A DNA stretch of 64,000 nucleotides from the human T2T-CHM13v2.0 reference genome, Homo sapiens, in NCBI RefSeq assembly GCF_009914755.1, contig NC_060938.1. One strand, given 5' to 3'. The translations under genes and the position numbers were made by a program. Position 1 is the first letter of the stretch; each line of letters starts with the position of its first letter. This document shows positions 1-11,533 of the stretch, in pieces. A model generated the notes under the pieces. It was not told where the DNA came from. It made no database searches and saw nothing but the letters and a program-made list of their open reading frames with translations.

Positions 1-225
1 GAAAGCTGTCATAACACAATGCAGGTCTGACACTTTTGAAGGAGGATTTAGGTGAAATGTCCTCAACTGCCATGCAGCCTAAGGAAGTTTCCATCAGGCT
101 GTTAGGAAGTCCTTGAGCCAAAGTTGCCCACCAGAGGAGTTCTACATCTTGCAGTAATAGGACTGTATCTGTGTCCCAGCTGTGCTTGACTATTGGTTGA
201 GAACAGCCCAGAGAAAGCATGGAGA
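1..225 (-). mobile_element. ERVL LTR fragment (LTR16-like), probable 3' LTR of the adjacent provirus; cut by window start
   Basis: Colinear, same-orientation similarity to 2235-2445 (gaaagctgtca...agccaaagt...attg..gagcagtcca/gaacagccca...gaaag). Confidence 0.65.
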
Positions 226-289
226 AATGACAACTAAGGCAGTCTATGGAGACTGTGGGCCACTGTGAGCCAGAGTTTATCTAGGATAT

Positions 290-2115
290 GATTTATTAAC
301 TGCCCCCCTTAGGCCCTCTCTCTAACAAGGGGCCAGGGTCTCTGGGTAACATTGTCAACTCAGACCATATGTCTAATTGTCCTCAAAATGTCTAGATCTA
401 CCACTTTCCCCACTCTACAGTCATTCAAGCAAATGGCCCCAGGATCCTTTAGGAAAGAGCTAGAGAAATCATCATGGTGAATACTTACCATGGTCAAATG
501 GTTCTAGATCTGAAAATTGACTCAGATCTGGAAACTTCGAAAAAGACTGGGACTTTTTCTCAGGTGAGCACATTTAGCCTCTTTCTTCTGCATTTCTGCC
601 ATGTTGTTCTTGTTGATGATGATGGTCTTAGGTAGCATCCTTGCTGGTTTCTGATGTATTTTGCCCTAGAAATGCCAAGTTATTTACCAGCTGCCCCTGT
701 GGCTGCCCCTCAGACCTTGCTATGGTCACTGTGGCTTGCTGGCTTCCAGGGATTAAGCACTGTACCCTGAACTTCAGGGTTCCATCAAGACCATGGAGAT
801 TAGTAATCCCATCTCTGTGGCCATCTCTCTTGCCATCATTCTTGGCTTACATAGGAACCACCACCCAACTTCTTAGTGATGTTGGCACTCATCTTGCTGG
901 CACTTTCTTGATGACTTTGGTGAAAAGCGTGACCTTTTTATCCTCCCAAGGAACAAGTCATTTGGTAGGTTGTCTGCCCTTACATAACTCACACCTATAC
1001 ACGTTCCAGCAAACCTGCCTCCTTCAGCCTCTTTATTCCTTCTCCAACCTACTACCAGGACAGCTCAGACATTTGACTTTGCTCAACATTGATAATTATT
1101 TTCTGTAGGATTCTATGAGCTATACTAGCTATACTGGCCATGAATTTGCTCCTGGGGTTCTAACCAGTCTTTTCTGTGCCCCTAAGAAAGTCAATGAATT
1201 TCTCTGCTCAGCTAGTCTTATATTCTGACCCCTCGATTAAATATCTTTAAAGCTCAACCCCAGGAATATTTCTCTGGCTCCTGACAGTAACTTTTAGCTA
1301 ATTCTTGCCACTTTTTTGGGATATAACGTTTTTGCTCTCTCATTAGGCTCAGCATGTCCCCAACCAGATTATGATTAGACTTAGCCTTAGTTATCAGCCT
1401 GACAGTCAAAGTGTGGAGGCAGCTTTTGGGAGGGGGAGGCTGGTTGCCTTGTGAAGGAAGGGCCTAGCAGGCACTGTCAGCACAGAGAATGGATCACCTC
1501 TGCGAGTTCTGAGAGTTCAGGAGGGATATCTGCAGAGCCAACGTTCTCAAGAGCACCCATTGAGATGGTCTCATCCCACATTTCAGGGTCTCAGGTTTTC
1601 CCATCAAGGATCTGACCTCAGCAAGAAAAGACCTACCTTGATTGAGCATTCAGCACCTCTGGAGCTTGCATGTCTGACTCTTTCAGAGCTTCAGTCTGAT
1701 GCTCAGCTGTGTCCACTCCTCCCACACAGGAGATAAAGAACTCTTTTGTAAAGTATCAGGGAAGCATTCTAGCACTCACACTTAATGTTTAACTCCCTGT
1801 TAATGGCCTTCAATTTCTCATCCCCTTGCAGGGCATCAATGCAACTTAGCAGCTAACGCTTCTGTCTTTGTAGGCGTTATCCCCCATGTCTTTCAACTAC
1901 CTGAGCCATCACACATGCAAGGGAATTCCTTTCCAACAGGTGGTCTTGTCAGATCACTTTAGTGAAACTTCTAGCAACTGGGCCACCTCCTTGTGCCAGG
2001 GACTAGCGATGCCTGACAATCCACTCAGAATGACATCCCATTGCTCGTCAGGCAGGGAGACAGTCCCAGAACCCCGTCTTACTGCCTGTTTCTTGAGATC
2101 ACTCCTGGTGCCACT
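290..2115 (-). mobile_element. ERVL internal region (ERV3-16A3/ERVL-E-like): decayed gag plus tRNA-Leu primer-binding site
   Basis: Minus-strand translation gives VGEGIKRLKEAGLLERV (~1000-1048) and KFPDLSQFSDLEPF (~495-537), matching ERVL gag motifs VEEGIQRLREIGMLEW and QFPDLSQFTDPEPL. PBS cactcctggtgcca (2100-2113) matches the tRNA-Leu 3' end CACTCCTGGTACCA with 1 mismatch. Confidence 0.85.
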
Positions 2116-2539
2116 TGTGTCAGTTCAGATTTACCAACAGGCAGATATCAAAACAGGACTAAATGTGCAAGAGATTTATTGGGAAAATGACTATGAGGAA
2201 AATGGGGGTGGTGGGGGGCAGGAAGAGAAGGCAGGGAAAGCTGTCAAACTGAAGGACAGGTCTTATCTGCCCTGTGAAGGAGAGAGGGAAAGAAGGGGAT
2301 TTAAGAGGGAAGTCTCAGATCAAACTGCAATGCAGCTCTGAAAAACTTCAACCAGGCCAAGAGGGAGTCTCAAGCCAAAGTAGTCCATCATTAGTCATTG
2401 CCTGAGGTCAGTCATTGCCTGGAGCAGTCCATGGAAAGTGAGGCTCTGTATGAAGTCAGTGGTAGATTTAGAGAGGCTTTAGTCATTGAGTTTCTCTGCA
2501 GCATCAACTCTGAATAGTACCTCGTGGATGGTCACCAAA
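2116..2539 (-). mobile_element. ERVL 5' LTR (LTR16-like)
   Basis: Begins tgtgtcagttc directly beside the PBS; contains tttatt (AATAAA on the minus strand) at 2175. Confidence 0.75.
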
Positions 2540-2676
2540 CCTATCTGCTACAGAGATTTAATAGAAAATATAGGAAAGTTCCAGGATCAAGCAGAAAACC
2601 AGGGGATAACCAAAACTAAAACCAGGCAAAGAAGATACTGGTTCTCATTAAAGGGACTGCTAAAAACATCTACCCC

Positions 2677-3307
2677 TGTGGTAGGCAGAGTTCTAAGATG
2701 ACTCATTCTTGTGTAATCTTCTCCCCCTGAGTGTAGGTGGAACCTGTGAATATGATATCATTCCCTGTGACTAAGTTGCATTATATGGCAAAAGGCATTC
2801 TTGCAGATGCAATTAAGGCTACCAGTAGACTCCGGGTTAATCTAAAGGGAGATATCTGAGTGGGCCTAACCTAATCATTGTCCAGGTGGGCCAGAGAATT
2901 TTCTCAGTCTGCAGCAGAAAAGAGAGTAATTAAAGGTATGAAGGAGATTCATCCACTGTGATGATGTGAGCAGTCTTGTGACAAGGTCCGTGGCAAGGAA
3001 CTGCAAGCAGCCTCCAGTAGCTGAGAACAGCTTCCAGTAGGCAGCCTGAAAATGGGGACTTCAGTCCTACGCCACAAAGAACTGAATTCTATCAATGACC
3101 TGAGTGAGCTTAGATGCAGATTCTTCCCCAGAGCCTCAGGGGAGATTGCAACCACCTTGAGACACCTTGAATGTGAGACCCTGGGCAGAGAAGCCAGTGA
3201 AGCCACACTGAACTTCTAATCTAAGAAACTATGGGATAATAAATTGGTATTGTTTTAGGGCACTATGTTTATGGTAGTTTGTTACAGAGGAATGGAAAAT
3301 TAATACA
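2677..3307 (+). mobile_element. MaLR solo LTR, MLT1E-like
   Basis: Termini tgtggtaggcagagttctaagatg...ggaaaattaataca; characteristic ggggacttcagtcctac...actgaattct block. Confidence 0.8.
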
Positions 3308-3452
3308 CCCCTTCTTCCTTCCTCCCCAAAACACATCAATTAGTTATGTAGGATGATTGAATAAATAAGACAGAGAGATAGATTGTGCATGGGACAATGC
3401 TCTCAAAAGCTTGTGTCCTCAAATAAATAGCTCAAGCTGTCTTAGAACTTAG

Positions 3453-3922
<470 letters not shown>

Positions 3923-4237
3923 CCTAGATTTTTTTATATGCAAAAGGTGAATATGAACCAAAGCAAAAGAATCTATCTTAATAACTCACCTCTATATATT
4001 TTTCCAATTCTAAGATCACTAAGACTCTGCTATTCTCATGATGGCATAACTTAATATATCCCATTTATTATTTTATTATTTATGAAACCCCCTTTCCTAA
4101 TGTGTATTCATAACAAAAATCACCTTTCTTAAGTTTTTATCTTTGTACCTAGCATATGTATCAATTCATTTAAAACTCACCAAAATCCTGTAATGAATAA
4201 ATCCCATAAGAGAAAAACCATTCATTCTTACACTTTA

Positions 4238-4590
4238 ACTCATTTGTTCACAAGTATTTATTGAGCATTTACTATGTGCTGGGTACTGTTCTAGGCCCTA
4301 GGGATACAACAGTAAATAAGGTTTTTAAACAATCTTTTCACTTCCATTAAGATTATTCTAGCAGGAAAGCCAGACAATAAATGAATAAACAAGTAAATGA
4401 ATAAGACAGTTTCAGATTTAATTAATGCTAAGAGGGGAATAAAAGAAGGTAATAGGATAGTGAGTGACCGAGGTAGAGGATGGCCACTTTAGGCAGAGAG
4501 AGACTTGATTCATGAAAAGATACTATAACCCAAAGTCCCAAGGAAACTGCATTCCAAACAGAAGCTATCACAAGGACATGTGTGAAGACC
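4238..4590 (-). mobile_element. L2 3' end
   Basis: catttgttcacaagtatttattgagcatttactatgtgctgggtactgttctagg is the typical L2 3' terminus in reverse. Confidence 0.8.
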
Positions 4591-4634
4591 TGCAGCAGGA
4601 AAGGGCCAGGCACACTCACAAACCAGGACCAGCG

Positions 4635-4730
4635 TAAAACTCAGGCTCAGAGGAGCTGAAGAAGTCACCCAGGGTTATTCAGCCAGTAATTTGTAAAACT
4701 GGGATTCAAATGTAGGTCTAGGTCCTGCAT
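4635..4730 (-). mobile_element. MIR fragment
   Basis: aaactcaggctcagag...ctgggattcaaa core. Confidence 0.6.
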
Positions 4731-4802
4731 TCAAACACAGGGATATCCGTGGGATAGGTCCTGACCCTGGGGTAATACACACAAAGCTCTTCAGCAATGG
4801 TT

Positions 4803-5166
4803 TGTATATTAGTCTGTCTTCATGCTGTTAATAAAGACATACTAGAGATTGGGTAATTTATAAAGGAAAGAGGTTTAATGGACTCACAGTTTCACATGGC
4901 TGGGGAGGCCTCACAGTCATGGCAGAAGGCAAAGGAGAAGCAAAGTCACATCTTACATGGTGGTAGGCAAAAGAGCTTGTGCAGGGGAACTCCCATTTAT
5001 AAAACCATTGGATCTCATGAGACTTATTCACTGTCACGAGAATAGCACAGGAAACACCCGCCCACATGATTCAATTACCTCCCACCAGGTCCCTCCATGA
5101 CATATGGGAATTATGGGAGCTACAGTTCAAGATGAGATTTGGTGGGGACACAGCCAAACCGTATCA
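4803..5166 (-). mobile_element. THE1 (C/D-like) MaLR solo LTR
   Basis: tattagtctg...gggtaatttataaaggaaagaggtttaatggactcacag...ggggacacagccaaaccgtatca. Confidence 0.92.
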
Positions 5167-5506
5167 GTTGGGAAACTATGGTCCACAGACCAGATTCAGC
5201 CCACCAACTGGTCTTGTATGGCCCACGTGCCAAGAATGGCTTTTCTATTTTAACAATGGTTGAAAAAGTCAAAAAAAAAAAAAAAGCAATATTACATGAC
5301 TTGTGAAAATCATATGAAATTCAAATTTTAACATTCATAAATAAAGTTTTATTGGTACATAGCCACACCCCTCTGTTCAGGAATTGTCTATGGTGACTTT
5401 TGGGATGCAACCTCAGAATAGAATAGTTATGATGGAGGCCATAAGATCCATAAAGCCTAGTATATTTGTTACTGGCTCATTACAGAAAAAGTCTGAAGAC
5501 CCCCTG
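5167..5506 (+). mobile_element. MER58B (hAT-Charlie MITE)
   Basis: gggaaactatggtccacag...aaataaagttttattgg...tacagaaaaagtctgaagaccccctg. Confidence 0.75.
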
Positions 5507-6129
5507 CTCTGTATCCCCTTATCACACCACCTAAATGAGTAGGAAATATTGTTAACAGTGAACCACTATGGCTTCTGCCATAAAACCTAATGGAAGGAGG
5601 TCTAGAAGCCAAGTTTTCCCACTGCTGAAGCTTACAGGCAGGTAAGAGTAGCTGAAGATCAATAAAAAGGGGTTCCTCTCTCTTTGTTCTGTGTTTAGAG
5701 TTATTTATGCTACTTTGATTATTATTACTGTATCTTCAGACCCAAAGATGAAATTAGGAGAAGAGAGAAGTAGGATCACAGAACTAGAGAAGAAAATGCA
5801 CAAGATAAAAAGAGACATGATCACACTTCAGAAATGGGGGGAGACGAGGCACCATGTTTGTGAGCACAAGGGAGAGAGTTAGAAAACACAGCATTTTCAA
5901 TGATTCCTTGGGGACCCTCTGAGAGATGATGTGAAATCACACAAATGGCAGGGGATCCCGCCCTCACTACTCATTACTAGTGAGCACAATCATTTTAATG
6001 ACACTAAACCCCAATTTTCTCAACTGTAATATCTTAAAGGAGGGGTCATTCCTATAAGGTGAGGTGCTCCTACTATTTATTGTCATAACACACTATACAT
6101 TTACAGGATGGCACATTTAAGTAGATATC

Positions 6130-6330
6130 CATGTGCCTATTTTCCTCACCAGCTCTGTGTGCTCACCTGGAAAACCCAGCAGTTTACCTAGTATCTGCTC
6201 ATCAGTAGGCAGGTGATAAATATTAGCTGAATGAATACATGAATAAATGAAGGCTATGACAATTAAATTACATGTGTATGAAATTAGATGTAAGTGAAAG
6301 CACCTAGCCCAGGACCTCGAACATTCAAAA
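6130..6330 (+). mobile_element. L2 3' end followed by a MIR fragment
   Basis: cagtaggcaggtgataaatattagctgaatgaatacatgaataaatgaa, then gatgtaagtgaaagcacctagc. Confidence 0.55.
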
Positions 6331-6989
6331 ACTCTAAGAAATAACTTCTTTCATCAATGAAGAAGCAAAATCAACTTGCTCCTCCATTTGCTAGCTGTTG
6401 CAATTTCACAAGCTTGTCATGCTAAATACCAAAATGCCACCTGCTGAAGTTTCATAAACCCCAGGGAAAAGGATAGAGTCAAAAGCTGTTTCCTTGATAA
6501 ATTACCCTGGGTGTTTCTTTCAAAAGCTGTTTGCAGATGACATAATCATACATAAAAATAGACTTGTATTCTTGGGCTATCATTCTCAGATACAATGACT
6601 TATTTCCTGGAGAAAATTGAAGAGGGAAAATATGTGTCATTCTTTACTGCATTTCCTCATGGAGAACAGACAGTCTACTTTTTGTTGTTGTTGTTCTTTT
6701 ATTTTTAACGATAAAGATGTTGAACACAATGATCAAAAATCTGTAGCTTGCAGTGTCATCTCAGTGTAGGGCAGCTGAAAGTATAAGTGCAGCCACTAAA
6801 AGATATTTCAAAATAACTCCTGTTCTCCATGTGCATTTCCAGACCCCCTGTAGACCACAGCAAACTTCTTTAAAATCCCCCTCTACCTCCTCGTATCCAC
6901 ATCCTTTTCCAATTGCAGCTGCTCCCACAGCCTACATGGCTGAGACAGGAGGTACGTGGTTTGTACTTGCTTTAAAGGACACAAGAAAG

Positions 6990-7185
6990 TCCTGAACGAC
7001 TAGGGACTTATCTTCCCACTTACCCGCTGGGAGACACTGGGAAGCTATGTAACTTTCCCAAGCCCCAGTTTTCTTATCTACAAAATGGGGGTGGCAGTAG
7101 CACAGAACTCTTGTAAGAAAGATGTATTAATAAAAAGCATTTAATACATGGCACTTACTAACTAGGGGTTTATTATTGTCATTAC
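6990..7185 (+). mobile_element. MIR
   Basis: agccccagttttcttatctacaaaatgggg core. Confidence 0.7.
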
Positions 7186-7239
7186 AAGTTATAGTAATGA
7201 TGTGATTTTAGAAGCAGTCTCATGTCCTCCAGAAATTGC

Positions 7240-7460
7240 TATCATTGATTGAGGGCTTATGATGTGCTAAGCACTGTTCTAAATGGATTGCTTTTTTTTT
7301 TTTTCCATTTTCTGGGTTATCCTTACAATAGTCCTAAGAGAGAAGAAGGCTTATAAATCCCTCTTTACAGATAAGGAAACTTGCCCAACGTTACTCCATG
7401 GGTGACCAGAAAGCAGAGCTGGGATTTGAACCAGGCTGTCTGGCTCCAGAATGTGACCAT
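7240..7460 (-). mobile_element. MIR
   Basis: tttacagataaggaaact...gcagagctgggatttgaaccaggctgtctggctccaga. Confidence 0.75.
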
Positions 7461-8461
7461 TAGCCTGGACAGCTCACCTGTGAATCAACATGATGATTTC
7501 ACAATCCAGACACATTCACGGAGACACAAACATCCAATCAGGAAGGAAAGAATGTTCTAGCAATAATAACAGATTTCCTTTTCAAGTTTTTACAGTATTT
7601 TTCTCTGATTTCCAAGAAAGTTAGCTCCTCTCCTTTGACAATTTGGTCACATTTCATATATTTTTAATAAATGGTCACTTTACATAAAGAGGAAAAAAGA
7701 ATTATTACAAATTACTTTGTGTATTCCAACATAATACAATTATGTAAAAACCAAATGCTAAGAAAAGGCACAGAATGAAACACTGAAAGAAAATACTTCA
7801 AAAGTTGATAATAATCATCTTTTAAAAGTGATTCCTGATCTACTTCTCTTTTCAAATTGTCTGTCTTTTCCTATATATACATCACTTTTTTGCAGGAAAA
7901 ATATTATTTCATAGAATGAATATCACGCGTTTTATCAGTTTTTTTTGCAGAAACCAGCATTTCCCTTATTATCTGAACCCTACAGCAGAGGCCAATTGTG
8001 CTTGTTTAAACACTTCAAAGTTCCCTTAAACACATAAGAAATTAACATTTTCTCCTATTTAAATTCAATAGGCTGTTCTCTTCCACTTTTCATATGTGCT
8101 AGTTTAAGCCTAACATTTAGAAACTGCTTAAAACCGTTTCTGTGAATGGAAGGCTGCCAAAAAATAAAAGTTTATTTTTTGTCTGATTTTATGCCACTGG
8201 GCTATTTTGCCCTCTCTTGTCCAGGTATTCTACAAAATTTTTTCATATTTTTACTAACCCCCCCATTACCATGGTGCTAAATTCTATAAAAACATCAAAC
8301 TGATAATAAAGACAAATAAACTACATTAAATATCATTCTGCATCAGACCTAAAAGCTGGCCAACTCACTGCACTTCCAAAGCTTTAAACAATCGTTTTCT
8401 AAAATGTGCCAAGCGTGGTGCTAGGTACTTTCTCAAACAGTTAATATTCTGAGAAGCCTGT

Positions 8462-8884
8462 TGTATTAGTCAGGGCTCTCCAGACAAATAGAACCAACAG
8501 GATATGTGGAATGAGAGAGAAATTTGTTTTAAGGAATTGACCCACACAATTGTAGGGGTACAAGTTCAAAATCTGCAGGGTAGGCTAGCAGGCTGGAGAC
8601 CCAGGAAGAGTTGCAGTTTGAGTCCAAAAGCAGCCTACTGGCAGAATTCCTTCTTGCACAGGGGAAGGCCAGTCTCCAGTCTCCATTTTATCAAGGCCTC
8701 CAATTGATGGGATGATGAGGTCCACTCACATCATGGAGGGTAATCTGCTTTACTCAAAGTCCACCAATTTAAACATTAATGTCACCCAAAACAACACCTT
8801 CATAGGAACACCTGGAATAATGTTAAACCAGATAGCTGGGCACGGTGACCCACCCAAGTTGGACGCAAAAAATTAATCACCACA
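8462..8884 (-). mobile_element. MLT2D-like ERVL solo LTR
   Basis: tgtattagtcagggctctccaga...aaattaatcaccaca; perfect 5-bp TSD CCTGT at 8457-8461 and 8885-8889. Confidence 0.9.
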
Positions 8885-9900
8885 CCTGTGATGCCAGCCA
8901 AGGTTAATAAGTGAGCCTCAAAGCAACTTCACCTCTCCTTACTAAACTCTCATAGAGTTGCCATTTGTTAATATTTTCAAAAGCCCATTTAATCTGCTTT
9001 TCTCGGAATAAAATTCCTGAACGTAAAATTCAAGCATTTGAAAAGAAAGCTGTCAACAGTAAAATACAGAAAAATCTCATTAGCTAAATTAATTCTGCCC
9101 AAGATCAGTCATTTTTTTAGAATCCTGAATTATTATTCAAAGATATACTAGATTATTAAGTACTGCTACATGTTTTAGCTAAAACAGAATCACTGCAAAT
9201 TAGCAAGCCAATGTCCTTCTTTCTGAATCTGCTTTAACAATCAGATTTAAAATTTCAGTAAATAGCACATTGATTATTGATATGGAAATAGATGCCAAAT
9301 GAATTTTTAAATAATGTGTTCTTGGGGGAGGTCAAGCCTGGCTCATGCAGTCTAGCATTTGTTATTAACGAATGTAATTTATCAAGCCGAAGTTGGGCTT
9401 GGAGTAGATTCTACATTAATGATGTCCAAATTATTATGGCTCTTCTAAGTAGTTATTCAAAATGGCAGTGTTTGTCTAACAATTTCACAAGGCTTTGAGT
9501 TTTTTGGGTTTTTTTATTTTTTTATTTTTTAAGACACAATACTTTCCATTAATGTAATTCCAGAGAAGAGGTTGGAAAATGTCCCTTGTCTTCCACAGTG
9601 AGAGATGCTGCTTTTAGTGTGGTCAATAGAAGCCCGGAAAGGAGGAATATTTCAGAAGAACATATAAGCGAATGCCTAGCACAGGCCCTGAATAAATGCC
9701 TGCTGGATCAGACTCTGAGTCTCATACAAGGCCAAGCTGAGGAACAATTTGCAGGTCGATTCAAGTGCAATACTGTTTCCTGATGGGCTCCAGAGAGACA
9801 GGACACATTAGGTAGGTTTATCAACTGGGGAGTGAAGAGTTATTCCAACAATAAAATTAGATTGATGGAGTCTCCTTCTAATTCGTTACTAAAATTCCAA

Positions 9901-10465
9901 AATTCCTCCACAAACATGACTTTGTTCATGTGTAGTTTTGAGGTCTCCCTTTTTTATCATCAGAGAGATAGTCAAATAAACATTTTTTTGAAATCCTCTA
10001 GTGCATTTTACATAGGGGACCTGTCCAGTCTTACTGCTGCTTCTCTTTGACATGTCACCATGCTTACTGCTTCTATCTGATGGCCACTCATCTTCCCTTT
10101 AAGATTCTGTTTTTTAAAAAGCTTCAAATTAGCCAGGCACGGTGGCTCACACCTGTAATCCCAGCACTTTGGGAGGCCAAGGCAAGTGGATCACTTCAGC
10201 TCAGGAGTGAACAACATGGTGGGCAACATGGTGAAACCCTGTCTCTACAAAAAATGCTTCCATCTTAAATGGAAGATGAGTGGCCATCAGATAGAAGCAG
10301 TAAGCATGGTGACACGTAAAGAGAAGCAGCAGTAAGACTGGACAGGTCCCCTATGTAAAATGCACTAGAAGATTCCAAAAAAATTTGTATTTGACTATCT
10401 CTCTGATGATAAAAAAGGGAGACCTCAAAACTACACATGAACAAAGTCATGTTTGTGGAAGAATT
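9901..10465. repeat. Inverted duplication: arms 9901-10105 and 10262-10465, 156-bp spacer
   Basis: Manual reverse-complement alignment: 7 substitutions plus 1 single-base indel over ~205 bp. Confidence 0.97.
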
Positions 10466-10632
10466 AGCTGGGCATGGTGGCACATGCCTATAGTCTCAGC
10501 TACTCAGGAGGCTGAGGTGGGAGGATCACTTGAGCCCTGGAAGTCAAGACTGCAGTGAGTCAACATCACACCACTGCACTCCAGCCTGGGTGATAGAGTG
10601 CGACTCTGTCTCAAAAATAAAGAAATAAATAA
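10131..10632 (+). mobile_element. AluJ-type element interrupted in its A-rich linker by a ~210 bp insertion
   Basis: Left monomer 10131-10255; right monomer 10462-10632 with the J-diagnostic ggaggatcacttgagccc. Confidence 0.93.
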
Positions 10633-10971
10633 GTCTCCAAATAAATAGCATGTAACATAATCTTTGTAGGTGATTAAGCTCATCGCAATTTCAGCGTACC
10701 CATTCTTCATCCTTTTTGCCTGTAGCCACATTATTTGATGATTCACCTTGCATCCTCCCCGTAACTTGTGTTGGCCGAGAACCTGGGATTCTGGTTGCTA
10801 AGAGAAGGATCTAGAAAAACTGAGGGTGTGGCTTGAAACCCTCTGCCGTGATTCCACCTCTGGATAGGGATCAAAGCTGAACACCTTTGAACATATGGAC
10901 CAGACATTTATATTTGTTCAGAAAGGTCCCAAAATTCAGGAGCAAGTATTTCCTGGGTCCCTCTGAGGTGA

Positions 10972-11533
<562 letters not shown>

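Noticed and set aside
641-1108. 155-aa plus-strand ORF
   Set aside because: Non-ATG start and antisense to decayed ERVL gag; no recognisable protein
9832-10483. Two ORFs sharing NSSTNMTLFMCSFEVSLFYHQRDSQI, resembling a paralogous gene pair
   Set aside because: By-product of the inverted duplication; no evidence of coding
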